Shown in pieces: positions 14,249-24,338 of a DNA stretch of 64,000 nt. The notes below the pieces were generated by a model, which was given only the letters and a program-made list of their open reading frames with translations, was not told the origin of the DNA and did no database searches. Source of the stretch: Octopus sinensis (lineage: Eukaryota); assembly GCF_006345805.1 (NCBI RefSeq), contig NC_043004.1:75640001-75704000 (forward strand), read 5' to 3'. Position 1 is the stretch's first letter, and each line of letters opens with the position of its first letter. Position numbers and translations under genes: made by a program.

Positions 14249-17200
14249 GGGAGAGGTTACGAAAAACACAAAAAAGACAAGACAGGTGGTGTACAAAACA
14301 AACAGATGTATTAGTATTACGCTCAGGAATAGAAAAAGTCTTTTACGTTTTGAGCCTACGCTCTTCTACAGAAAGGGACACAGAAAACAAGGAGAGAAAA
14401 AAATGTGTGTAGTGGCTAACGATCTATCATGGCGTCTGACTTGGACAGAAGGGTCACACACCATATATATTTACACACATACACGACAGGCTTCCACACA
14501 GTTTCCATCTACCAAATTCATTTACAAGGGATTGGTTGTAGCCCAGAGCTATAGTAGAAAACACTTACTCAAGGTTCCACACACTGGGACTGGACCCAAG
14601 ACCGCGTAGTCGCAAAGAGACCTATTTAGCCACAGAGCCATGCTTATACAACTGTGACATTAGGCAGTTGTTTAAATCTAACTTTGAGCAAGAGGAGAAA
14701 GAAAAAGAATTTGAAATGATTGCATGTAAAACTTACGAATCAATATCAATCTTGATGGTATTCATTTTGGAATCTCGTTGTTTGTTATCTGCTGCATTTA
14801 CTAGAAAAGAAAATGGGAATGAAAGATATAATTACTAATAATTCAAACTAAATAATTTAAAACAAGCAACAGAAAAAAATAGCAGACTATATATTGTTCT
14901 ATATTTAAGTTCTCTGTTGCAAGAGAGTAGGTTTTATAGAAGGGGAGTTTAAATTATATGAACAAGGGATATGAGCTAGAAGATTGAGAAGGAACGAAAG
15001 GTTGTTACCAGCCATATGACAGAGAGTGTCATCAAGAGGTTTAGCACAATGTAGAAAAGAAAAAATACTGAAGGAGGAAAGACCAAGAAGACTGCACTCC
15101 AATGATTGTAGTCTGGCAGGAAGTTGCCAATCCAAGAAATGAGAGCTCTAGACCACAGGCAACCAAATCAGGTTCTAATATTAGATGCAGTGAAGAATTT
15201 TGCAGATATAAAGTGTAATAATATTGCTTTTGGCAAAATCCCCAAAGACTAATGGTCACTGGTGACATAAAGGAGGAAGTTTCCAGTAGATCTGGCTCTA
15301 TGGAAATCAAACTTGTGATCACTGGGGGGAAAAAAAAGAGGCTGAAAGAGACGAAAGACGTGATTATTTCCATGGCTATATCAGGCCCAAATATTCTACT
15401 TGTTTTATATTCAAGTTGGCCAGATCCAGCCTCTCACACCTACTCTACGATATCATTCTAAAAATAAACACATGAAAACCTCAGAAATGAGACAATGCAT
15501 GATTAATTCAAAACAATGTGAACAAATAAGCATTACACTTGACAGAATAATCTAAATGCTGACATGGAAGTTGGTTGAGTTGGGAGAGAAAGAAGGGGAC
15601 AAAATGCAGCATGTTTTTAGAAAATTTTTGAGAGAAAAATGGGATAGGTTGATGAGACGAAGTGCCAATTCTAGGGTTCATTGCCAGAAGTTAATGGAAT
15701 CCTTGTACAATTAGCAAGTTGTGTTTTCACATATGGCAACAGTGTGTACGTGGTGGCAAAAACATGGGACCAGTCATAGCTATATATGGTTATGAAATTC
15801 ATTTTGTAACTCCGTAGCTCAGTTTCAGTGAGCAGCAACTTGGGCAACTGTCTTTTACTTATACCCTCAAGAGAACCAAATTTTCTGTGAGCAAAGTTAA
15901 TAGATGGAAACTGCATAAGTCTATCAAAGAATCCATAGCTGCCCTTGACTGCTAGATATAATCCATCACTTGGTTTAACACAACCACCAGGTCCTTGGGA
16001 GCATTTCACTGTATTGCAAGTACGTAAGTCAGGTCCTCAGCATCAGGATGACTTCCTCTCTACCTACCACAAGTCTCAAAGGCACTAAAAAGGGCCATGG
16101 GCATGATATTACTATAGTGGATATGAAGGGATAAAGCACTCAGAGGTCTCAGGTTTTGGGTTCTGTCAGTTATATGCAAGGGTCATCTATTTTCAGTCAC
16201 CCACTAAGTTCTCTCAAAGGTAAACATTTCCGCAAACAGTGGCACTGTATAATGCAAAAGTACAGTTGGAAACAGCACATTGAGAGAAACATTATTCACA
16301 AACAAGAGATCTGCCCGAAGACCTGTGACAGGGTGGTTTCTCTTAACCCTTTAGTGTTCAGATTACTCTGTTAAATGTAATACTTTTTCACTCAAATTGT
16401 TTCGGATTAATCCTGGATTATCTTACAGCTTTGAGGTTTCAATGATGTGATTGTTTATTTTTAGAATGGCATTGTAGGTTAGGAGTGAGAGGTTAGATAT
16501 CGCCAGTTTGAATATAAAACATGTAGAATATATTGAGCCGGATTTGGCCGGTTTAAACACTAAAGGGTTAAAGGCACTCCAAGGACCACAAGATAAACCA
16601 GTTCATGTGATAGGAAATTTTTACAAACAATCTGTATTACACACAAACAGAGTCATATATACAAAGTATACTTTTTCTTTCCTCCAATTATTACTATATT
16701 AGCAAGGAATAAATAAATAGGGATCAAATCAAAATACTCACCAAGAATTTCATCAAATATTTTATAGAGACCAGGAACAAAGGAAATTTCTCGTTGTACC
16801 ATTGTTGAGAGGTCTTCATCAATCACCCACATTTGCTGAGGAGGAGGAGAAGCAGAATTGCATAAAATAAATATTAAATTCTTACAAAATTATCTGCTAT
16901 AGACAAAATATAATGAACAAAATAATTCTAACAATACCCACATAAATAATTGAAATTACCATACTCAATGGCATAAAAGGTGCACAGGTATGTTAGACAC
17001 ACCAATTTCAGCAGTGTATATAAAGGAAAGAGTTTTTAGTGTATAGAAATATGTGATAAAGGTCAGACTTGACATGTAGAACTCAAAGTGAATTTTTGAG
17101 ACATTTAAAGAAAAAAAAAAAACGTATATTTTATATAGCATGTTGTCAACTTAATGCGACAGTCCCATAAAAGGTAAGAATGCTACTGTTATTAAGTTGA

Positions 17201-20200
17201 CAACATGCTATCACTTTATCATGCTGCTACTGCATAAATCTCTCTCGGAGATTTAGAAATATATTATTTCTATTTTATATGTCATTAAATACAATACAGG
17301 TATTTTATGAGAGCCCCTTAAAAATATCTGATCATACTGAAAAATTAATATAACCAGTCTTTTCATTAGAAATCATCATCATCATTTAACGCCCGCTTTC
17401 CATGCTAGCATGGGTTGGACGATTTGACTGAGGACTGGCGAACCAGATGACTGCACCAGACTCCAATCTTCGACGGGATTTTGAATCCAGAATGTAATGG
17501 TTTGACAACCTTCAATTTATCATTGTTTATATGGATTGAACAGAGTTTATGGAGGCAGATTTTCTGTGGTCAGATGTCCTTTCCATTGGCAAGCACATCT
17601 GTTTCCAAGCAAATTTATGCAGAATATTGGAAATAAGTGACATTGCTTGTATACTGGTGTCACACAACTAGCACCCATTACACTCTCAGAGTGGTTATTG
17701 TTGTTAAGAAAAGCATCCAGCGGTAGAAACCATGCCAAATCAGACTGGAGTCTGGTGCAGCCCCTCAGCTTACCAGCCCTGGTCAAAATTCATCCAACCC
17801 ATGCCAGCATGGACAACAGATGTTAAATGATGATGATGCTGTGATGCCAAAATAAGCATACACACACACACATATATATACAATGGACTTCTTTCAGTTT
17901 GTCTACCAAATCTATTCACACGGCTTTGGTTGGCCCAGAATTGTAATAGAAAATATACCCAAGGTTCCGTGTTGTGTGGGACTGAACCCAAAACCATCTG
18001 GTTGGAAACAAACACCTCAACCACACAGCCATACCCACACCTACCAGCCTTTCATAATAAAAGACCAATAATAATGGGTTCCTTTCTTAGTAACTGAAGT
18101 ATTCGAGGGAGAGAATCAACCTTTTTTTCTTTCTTCTTTTATCAATTAACTTTCTTTTTCCAAGAAATTATCAAAATTTGTGCATGTGAATATTTATAAT
18201 TTGCAGAGAAATACGCAGCAGATAGTGACTGCAATGTTTGTGCTTGGGCTGCAACCAGAAACATTCTTTGTCATTTCCTGTCAAATTGCCCACCAACTCT
18301 GCACCATCGAATTCCTCCAGAATTAAAACAGAGACAAGAGTGGCTAACAGACCATCCGGTTTTGGAAAAAAAACGTACCTCAAACACCACATCTAATTCT
18401 TGCTAGCTAGGAAAAACAGATGATAAATAAACAAATTGTGTTGTGGATGTGTGTTTGTATTTGTATAAATGTAATTAATTGTTTCCTTGGGGGTTCGCAC
18501 CTGTAAGCTGCATGGCAATCTCATTGGTGCTGATGCATGGAAAAAGCACCCAATACACACTGTAAAGTGGCTGACATTAAGGAGAGCATCCAGTCATAGA
18601 AACCATTCCAAGGTAGACGGTGGAACACAGTGCAATCCTGGGGCTCAAGACCCTGTCACACCATCCAACCCATGGCAGCATCAAATATGAACTTTAATTA
18701 ATGGTAATGATGATGGTATTGCACGGGGAGAAAAGAGAAGTTATTTTTATGCTCAAGTGCCCTTTATCAGAAGTCTCTATCCTTCAGTTTTTTATAACTT
18801 TGCTGTCCCAGAGTAAAGACCCCCTTCGGTCATGAACGACCATGAGATTGCATCTAGAAAGTTACCTCCAAGGCACAAGTCCAGGCAAGGTTGCTTATAG
18901 AAGACCAGCAATTGCCCATGCAAGCCAGCCTTCACCTCTCCACACCACCAATGTTATCCAAGACAATGGCAAAGGCTGATACAGCCTGGCACCATCTCTA
19001 CAGTCGAGTGAACTGGAGCAACATGAAATAAAGTGGCCTGCTCAAGAACATAGCATACAGCCCAGTCCAGGAATGAAATTCATTACCTCATGATTGTGAG
19101 ACTGATGCTCTTACCACTGAGCCATGTACCTTAAGCCATTAATTTAGTATTTGTGCATCCTCCCACAAAGTTCTCCGAGCACCTGGACCACCAAATTGAC
19201 TGGGTGACTAAAACACACTGATGCCTCTTCAACACCAACATTCAGTTGTCTTACATGGGAAGCATCTCCTTGTCGCATTAACAGACCAGAAATCTCTCAA
19301 AGTTAGTTCTAATTTTTGACATGGAAGTCAAGAACTTTTTTTTTTAAGGTCTTCCACAGCAAACTGGCAAAGTCCTTCTAACATCAATAGAACATCTTAC
19401 ACTATTTGGTTCTTTGTCCTTAGATCTTTCTGATCTGCCTCAACGAATTCCATCTGGCCCATTGCAAACATCAGAAAGTGGACATTAAATCAATGATGAT
19501 GAATTGTTTAGATTTCTTATATTAAAGTTCTTGAAAATAACAACAAGAGCACTCAGAGAGCACAAACCTCTGCCAAGGCAACGCCAACGTCCTCTCAATG
19601 ATTAGCCGGAGATGATTTTTAAAATGTGAATATTTGAAATAAATTTGACTGCTCTCACAAACGAGAATACTAAAAATGAATTCGACCGCTCTCAGAAATT
19701 AAGTTAAAAAAAAAAACAGTAAAAAAAACTAAAATCCTTGTCTGGTAACGGATCAATCCCAAAATCTAATCAGTTTGTGCCAGTCACAAGGCCAAACATC
19801 CCTGAAAATTTTATCAGAATCCATCCAGTGGTTCCTGAGATATCTTGTCCATGGACAAACATACAAACAAATGCGACTGAAAACAATACCTCCACCTTCA
19901 CTAAGGCGGAGGTAATAAAAATGCTTTCTATTATAGGCATAAGGCCTGAAATTTGTGGGGAGGGGCTAGTCAACTACCTCAACCCCAGTGTTAAACTGGT
20001 ACTTATTTCATCGACCCTAAAGGGATGGATGAAAAGCAAAGTCAACCTCAGTGGAATTTGAATTCAGAAAATAAAAACAAATGGAATGCTAAGCATTTTG
20101 TCCGGCATGCTAACACTTTTTCCAGTTCACCATCTTATTCATTATCACAAGTACTTGTACTTGCAACAGCGTTCACCCAGGGCAGGTTGAGCCGGCTTCT

Positions 20201-22450
20201 TCTCTGGTCCCAACGGCATCACGAACCATGGTGGCCCATGCGAGGTCACTGGAGATAGCAAGCCATTTGCGGTTCCATCTGCGCAGACCGACCACCTGTG
20301 GACCTGATAGTTCGGAGAGGTCCTCCTTTATAGTCGTTGCCCAGGTCTCCAGCTGTCCGCCCGTGCATCTGCGGCCAGCTGGGAAGTGGAGGTGGGAGGA
20401 GGATATCGCGAATCAGCTCACCCTCATTGAACATCCATTGTCCATGCTGGCATGGGTTGAACAGTTTGACCGGGGCTGGTAAACAGAAAAGCTGCACCAG
20501 GCCAGTCTGATTTGGCAAACGCTATTATTATTGTTATCAATAATAATAATAATAATCCTGTCTGCTATAAGCACAAGGCCTGAAATTTTGAGGGAAGGGA
20601 CCAGTTGATTACATCAACCCCAGTATGCAACTGGTATTTATTTTACTGACTCCAAAAGGATGAAAGGTAAAGTTGATCATGGTGGACTTTGAACATGAAG
20701 ACAGACGAAATGCCGTTAAGCACTTGGTCAGGGACACTAACAATTCTGCCGGCACCCCATCTTAATAATAACAATGCTGGTTTGTAAGAGACATAAGGCC
20801 TAAAAGCTTAAAGGACTGGGTTTCTTGAATAAAAAGCTACAGCTACAAATCCAAACTCTGATATACAGTGCCAAACTCTTGGACAAGACACTCATTCTCA
20901 TCATCATCGTTTAATGTCCACTTTCCATGCATACATGGGTAGGACAGTCAACAGGAGCCGACCAGGTAGAAAATCTACCACTCTGCAGAATGGACTCAGT
21001 GCTTTTTATGTGGTACTAGCACAGGCGAAGTTAGTTTTGGCAAAATTTTTACAGCTGGATGCCTTTCCAGATGCCAACAGTGTGACTGGATGCTTTTAAC
21101 ATGGCACCAGCACTGGCAGGGTCACCAAGGAACTCACAAGACAAGGAACTTCGAGAGGGGCAGAGCATTTCTGTCAGAGGATGAAAGACTCAAATGTGAC
21201 AAAGAGACAGCAGCAGAGGGGGCATTAGAGGAAGTGATCCAGTATCAATTCCAGTCAACTTCACATACATTTATTATTATTACCTCCACCTTAGCAAAGG
21301 CGGAGGTATTGTTTCTAGTCATGTCTGTTTATTTGTCCGTGAATAAGATATCTCAAGAACCCCTGGATGGAATTTGATGAAACTTTCAAGGATGTTTGGC
21401 CTCGTGACTGGCACAAACTGATTAGATTTTGGGATCAATCCAGTACCGAAAAAGATTCTGGATTATTTTTCTTGTTTCTTTTACTTAATTTTTGAGAGCC
21501 GTTGGGTTCATTTTTAGTATTCTCATGGGAGCAGTCAAGTTTATTTCAGATATTCTCATTTTAAAAATCATCTCTGGTTAATCAATGGTGTTACTTTGGT
21601 GGAGGATTGCACTCACTGAGTGCTTGTTAGTAAATTGTTTTTAATTAACTTAACCTCCAGCTGATACACATTTTAATAAACGTAAATTCCTTGATGATGA
21701 AAGAGATAATTAAAATACCAAGATACATCACAGTAATCCACGCAAACACAAACAAAGAAATGTTAATTGGCTTCCTCTTCAAGAAGCCATAACTGAGATA
21801 TATTTCACAAAAGCTGCATTAGGATTTTCCACCCCCACCTTAGTTTTGGAACTAAACAAACATTTTATTCTTTTCTACTCTAGGCACAAGGGACAAAATT
21901 AGATCGACCCCAGTACACAACTAGTACTTAATTAATCAACCCCGAAAGGGTGAAAGGCAAAGTCAACATCGTCAGAATTTGAACCCAGAATGTAAAAACA
22001 GATGAAATACCTATTTCTTTATTACCCACAAGGGGCTAAACACAGAGGGGACAAACAAGGACAGACATAGGTATTAAGTCGATTACATCGACCCCAGTGT
22101 GTAACTGGTACTTAATTTATCGACCCCGAAAGGATGAAAGGCAAAGTCGACCTCGGCGGAATTTGAACTCACAACGTAACGGCAGACGAAATACCACAAA
22201 GCATTTCGCCCGGCGTGCTAACGTTTCTGCCAGCTCGCCGCCTTCTAAACAAACATTTTATTGAATGACATACCTGAGTGTGAAGTTGGACTGATCCAAT
22301 ATATGTGTCAGGTCGCAACAAGATGTGCTCCAACTGACTTTTCTTCTGGTAAATCCTCTCAACTGATAATTTCTTATTGGTCTTGGTGGTACCAATATCC
22401 CCACTTGCTTTCTTCTGCTTGTCATTCTCTTTAACATTGTTAAAGAGGGT
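823..22450 (-). CDS. top2: DNA topoisomerase II (type IIA, eukaryotic), N-terminal ATPase/transducer region; spliced join of 9 exons (22274-22450, 16742-16835, 14737-14800, 11720-11865, 7289-7386, 6403-6615, 4234-4407, 1448-1549, 823-960); partial at both ends
   Basis: Exon lengths 177+94+64+146+98+213+174+102+138 = 1206 nt (402 codons), all GT-AG with compatible phases. The translation contains the Top2 motifs KLSVERIYQKKSQLEHILLRPDTYIGS, FVPGLYKIFDEILVNAADNKQRD, WNNGKGIP, TSSNYDD, GGRNGYGAKLCNIFS, FVNSIATTKGGRH and ENPTFDSQTKENMT. Confidence 0.97.
1448..1549 (-). CDS. top2: top2 exon: GGRHIDHVSDPLVNKIIEVVKKKNKGGLNIKPFQ
   Basis: Acceptor ttttgtgatAG and donor CAA|GTAAGT; 102 nt, phase 0/0. 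Confidence 0.95.
1830..2490 (-). mobile_element. Cluster of three tandem copies of the same tRNA-derived SINE
   Basis: Repeated gatgaaaggcaaagtYgacctc..agaatttgaactcagaa and gctaagcatttt blocks at about 1950, 2170 and 2400. Confidence 0.8.
2491..2856 (+). repeat. 26-bp minisatellite, about 14 copies (aattctacctgYtggtcacctttaaa)
   Basis: aattcta recurs every 26 nt from 2491 to 2828, contiguous with the end of a SINE. Confidence 0.97.
2926..3141. mobile_element. Tc1/mariner MITE (216 bp)
   Basis: TA flanks; roughly 26-bp TIR caaggggatgctgaaaagttcctggc with 2 mismatches. Confidence 0.85.
4234..4407 (-). CDS. top2: top2 exon: VKNFKDYVDLYVKDKVDDAGQPFKVIYESVSDRWEIAVTISDSGFQQASFVNSIATTK
   Basis: Acceptor gtgttgcAG and donor AAG|GTAAAG; 174 nt, phase 0/0. 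Confidence 0.96.
6403..6615 (-). CDS. top2: top2 exon: TWTENMLNASEPVITESRADDFTAITFCPDLPKFQLESLDKDHVALFCRRAFDIAASTRGVKVILNGKRVP
   Basis: Acceptor aattttctAG and donor CCA|GTAAGT; 213 nt, phase 0/0. Confidence 0.96.
6830..7030 (+). ncRNA. GC-rich structured segment with two CTGAnGA and three GAAAC hammerhead-like half-cores (probably PLE-derived)
   Basis: CTGAAGA at 6836-6842 and CTGATGA at 6918-6924; GAAAC at 6898, 6976 and 7013; several complementary stems. Confidence 0.4.
7289..7386 (-). CDS. top2: top2 exon: (G)GRNGYGAKLCNIFSTKFIVETSCQEYKRAFKQ (ATP-lid glycine loop)
   Basis: Acceptor ttttactacAG and donor CAG|GTAATG; 98 nt, phase 1/0. Confidence 0.96.
8240..8790 (-). mobile_element. Penelope-like element 3' fragment: GIY-YIG endonuclease C-terminus, tRNA-like module, broken hammerhead and an inverted terminal piece
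   Basis: ORF 8481-8678 WDEVEIIDGEHQWKIRKLKEAAHML...LSRPS resembles PLE GIY-YIG C-termini; flanking sequence is shared with 32540-32830. Confidence 0.75.
8882..10305 (-). mobile_element. Internally deleted piggyBac-like transposon with N-terminal transposase remnant
   Basis: TTAA at 8878-8881 and 10306-10309; perfect 12-bp TIR ccctttcgttac. Frameshifted acidic N-terminus (SESEFEGFS; ESSESESSDS; FSEETGP) and LFEIITAETNCYA...TTLKEIKAYFAINIIMGIRKLP, typical of PGBD-type transposases. Confidence 0.85.
9223..9680. repeat. 161-bp tandem repeat (about 2.8 copies) of transposase coding sequence
   Basis: gggtaactttctgatac recurs at 9223, 9384 and 9545. Confidence 0.92.
10441..10660. mobile_element. 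piggyBac-type MITE (220 bp)
   Basis: TTAA|cccttttgatacc...ggtaacaaaaggg|TTAA; an inverted copy of the same family is at 23904-24123. Confidence 0.85.
11160..11522 (+). mobile_element. Helentron/HINE-like non-autonomous element (other copies 19542-19917 minus and 21279-21628 plus)
   Basis: 5' hairpin tacctccRccttagc(a)aaggcggaggta (clearest at 21281), short (gttt)/(gtct) repeats and a 3' tgcactctctgagtgctcttgtt end shared by the three copies. Family assignment is by resemblance. Confidence 0.6.
11720..11865 (-). CDS. top2: top2 exon: ENNRIKIWNNGKGIPVVEHKTEKMYVPTMIFGHLLTSSNYDDSEKKVT(G)
   Basis: Acceptor gatatttcAG and donor CAG|GTTTGT; 146 nt, phase 2/1. Confidence 0.96.
12838..12900 (-). pseudogene. 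Duplicated, frameshifted copy of the NAADNKQRD top2 exon (pseudo-exon or assembly artefact)
   Basis: Same splice sites as 14737-14800 but 63 nt instead of 64; reads (V)NAAETPNEIPK-stop. Confidence 0.85.
12990..13440 (-). mobile_element. Degenerate non-LTR retrotransposon RT fragment (second copy at about 14920-15370)
   Basis: Broken frames SLWDFAKSNIITLDICKIF...ISWIANFLPG and PLDDTL resemble the LINE RT segments xLDISKAFD...SWIxxFL and ADD. Confidence 0.5.
14055..14390. mobile_element. Inverted pair of Penelope-like termini around a (TA)n tract, with degenerate minimal hammerhead motifs
   Basis: The right arm reads on minus cttt-CTGTAGA-A-GAGC-gtag-GCTC-AAAA-CG-TA-aaag; the left arm reads gaagagcgtggctcgaaaacgtaaaaga; a related piece is at 51550-51585. 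Confidence 0.6.
14737..14800 (-). CDS. top2: top2 exon: (V)NAADNKQRDSKMNTIKIDID(S), the in-frame copy
   Basis: Acceptor ttcttttctAG and donor TC|GTAAGT; 64 nt, phase 1/2; carries the ATPase N-box Asn. Confidence 0.95.
16347..16567. mobile_element. piggyBac-type MITE (221 bp), an abundant family in this window
   Basis: TTAA|ccctttagtgtt...aacactaaaggg|TTAA, perfect 12-bp TIR. Confidence 0.88.
16742..16835 (-). CDS. top2: top2 exon: QMWVIDEDLSTMVQREISFVPGLYKIFDEIL
   Basis: Acceptor ctcctcctcAG and donor TTG|GTGAGT; 94 nt, phase 0/1. Not in the ORF track; found by manual translation. Confidence 0.96.
17135..17211. repeat. Perfect 21-bp inverted repeat forming a 77-nt hairpin
   Basis: atagcatgttgtcaacttaat (17135-17155) and attaagttgacaacatgctat (17191-17211). 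Confidence 0.92.
20148..20428 (-). mobile_element. RTE LINE 3' fragment (different family) with (CAAGTA) tail
   Basis: Frameshifted ELIRDILLPPPLPSW..GGQLETWATTIKEDL..GP..GLRRWNRKW..SDLA..EAGST.PG-stop, then gttgcaagtacaagta. Confidence 0.7.
22011..22243 (-). mobile_element. Young tRNA-derived SINE (Deu/Nin-like central domain) 30 bp into the intron after the first identified top2 exon; adjacent older copy at about 21855-22010
   Basis: B box GTTCAAATTC; central gcctttcatcctttcggggtcgataaattaagtacc; CpGs retained. Confidence 0.8.
22274..22450 (-). CDS. top2: top2 exon (equivalent to vertebrate exon 2): TLFNNVKEND...KKLSVERIYQKKSQLEHILLRPDTYIGSVQLHTQ
   Basis: Acceptor ttctttattctcAG and donor CAG|GTATGT; 177 nt, phase 0/0; no ATG in the exon. 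Confidence 0.95.
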
Positions 22451-22594
22451 CTGAGAATAAAGAACAACAACAAAAAAATTAATCAACCAAATAATTTCAT
22501 CAATTTACACCTTATCTCTTAATTATTCATAATAACACAAGTCAAAACAATATTAAAATGTGCAAAATAACAACTCATAGTGACAACATTTTTG

Positions 22595-22985
22595 TTTTAC
22601 TCTACTCTTTTACTTGTTTCAGTCATTTGACTGTGGCCATGCTGGAGCACCACATTTAGTCGAGCAAATCAACCCCAGGCCAAATTTTTGTAAGCCTAGT
22701 ACTTATTCTATCCAGTATCTTTTGCCAAACCGCTAAGTTACGGGGACGTAAACACACCAGCATCAGTTGTCAAGCGATGTTGGGGGGACAAACAGACACA
22801 CATACATATATATACATATATACAACAGGCTTCTTTCAGTTTCCATCTACTAAATCCACTCACAAGGCTTTGGTCAACCCGAGGCTATAGTAGAAGACAC
22901 TTGACCAAGGTGCCACATGGTGGGACTGAACCTGGAACCATGTTTCGTAAGCAAGCTACTTACCACACAGCTACTCCTACGCCTT
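22595..22985 (-). mobile_element. Full-length tRNA-derived SINE of a second family (CORE-like gcaccttgggcaagtgtcttc block); further copies at about 27965-28330, 45415-45760, 46660-47020, 55480-55770, 58355-58660 and 59440-59735
   Basis: A/B-box-like head tgtgtggtaagtagcttgc..ggttcagtcccac, internal (CA/TA) tract, tail gactgaaacaagtaaaagagta. Confidence 0.8.
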
Positions 22986-23903
22986 CACACTAGAAACATT
23001 AAAAATTTGAAGTCACGCCTTTTAAACTCGTGATTTTATTGTTTACAGCAGTGGTCCGTAACCGTTTTTGTTGCACCTCACTTTTAAATAATTCTTATGA
23101 CTAGTGCCCCAGTTTTTAGTAGTTTTGCCCAGCGCCCACCTAACAGGTGAATGAGGTATCATGACTAAACTAACTGAACATGGATGATAATTTTGTAGAT
23201 TTTACTCTAAAAATGGAGTGTATAAGCTTTTAACAGTGAAATGATAAAAAATTAATAACAAAAGTTGTAAATTTACTTAATACATTGAAAGTTAATGACT
23301 TCCTGATGCCTTATGAGATCTCATTTTATTTTAATAATCATTACTAGTTTTATCATGTATGATATAATTACTACAATAGGTAAAATTTAGTAGGTTAATT
23401 ATGTCACTGCACCACCTCCTAAAACCTAACAGCCACATTGAGAACCTCTGGAAGACTTAGCAACCACAGTCCAATGAAGGAACAATTAAGTAGTCATTCA
23501 ACATGCTAGAAATAGCAGCCAAATTTTCTTCAAACTACACTCTACCACAAGTGTCGTCAAATGGAAAATACAATTTAATGCTTAGAAATAAGTTGGTATC
23601 TGACCAAAGAAAATCTGCCACATGATAATCCATGTTGGAATGGAAAAGTTGATATTAAACAAGGATGCTTGGTTGAAAACATGCTTAACATCTTTTAATC
23701 TTTTAGCATTCGGACTTCATGTGTATTCATTTCCCTTGTTTCAATTAATTATGCATTATCTCATAGCTTTGACATTTTGATGGCATGACTTTTTTTTTTT
23801 TTTTTTTTTTAGAATGACATTGTAAAGTAAGTGTGAGAAACCTGATCTGGCTACCTTAAACACAAAACAAGTAGAACATTTGGGTCAGATATGGCCAGTT
23901 TAA

Positions 23904-24123
23904 CCCGCTCGTTACTGTATTTAATTTGAGATGCTCTGTGTTTCTTTCAATTGCTTTAAATATAACAAAGAATTTAGTAAAATAATTTAGTTATCATTAA
24001 GCTAGTGTTAGGAACATAAATTGTGACTAAGGTTTGGTGGAAGATTTTAATTCAAAACTTATGAAAACAAGACATTTGTACTCAGAGCCAGAGCCAGTTT
24101 CAGCAGGGTTGGTAACGAAAGGG
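23904..24123. mobile_element. piggyBac-type MITE (220 bp) nested in another piggyBac-type MITE (about 23697-24141)
   Basis: TTAA flanks at 23900-23903 and 24124-24127; the outer element has ttttagcatt...aatgctaaagag ends. Confidence 0.75.
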
Positions 24124-24338
24124 TTAAATGCTAAAGAGTTAAACTTGGATGTAAAAACAAGATATAAAGCATATCCTTATAATCGTAATAGCGTTCATAT
24201 AACGGCTAAGCAGTAAAGCACCTTATCGCTTACACTTACAATTTAAAAAGCAAGTTTTGTAATTCAAGCCATTAGTTTAAATTTCCACCCACAACAGGTT
24301 CTCTTGATAACCAGGGAGCTGAATAACTATTTTAAATC

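Larger units (their letters stand above)
12497..15856 (+). repeat. Direct duplication of about 1.46 kb (about 12497-13960 and 14396-15856), each copy containing the top2 NAADN exon
   Basis: Both copies start at gaaaaaatgtgtgtagtggctaacgatctatcatggcg and stay colinear through SINE, exon, LINE remnant and piggyBac MITE. They differ mostly by small indels that become denser toward the right end. Confidence 0.92.
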
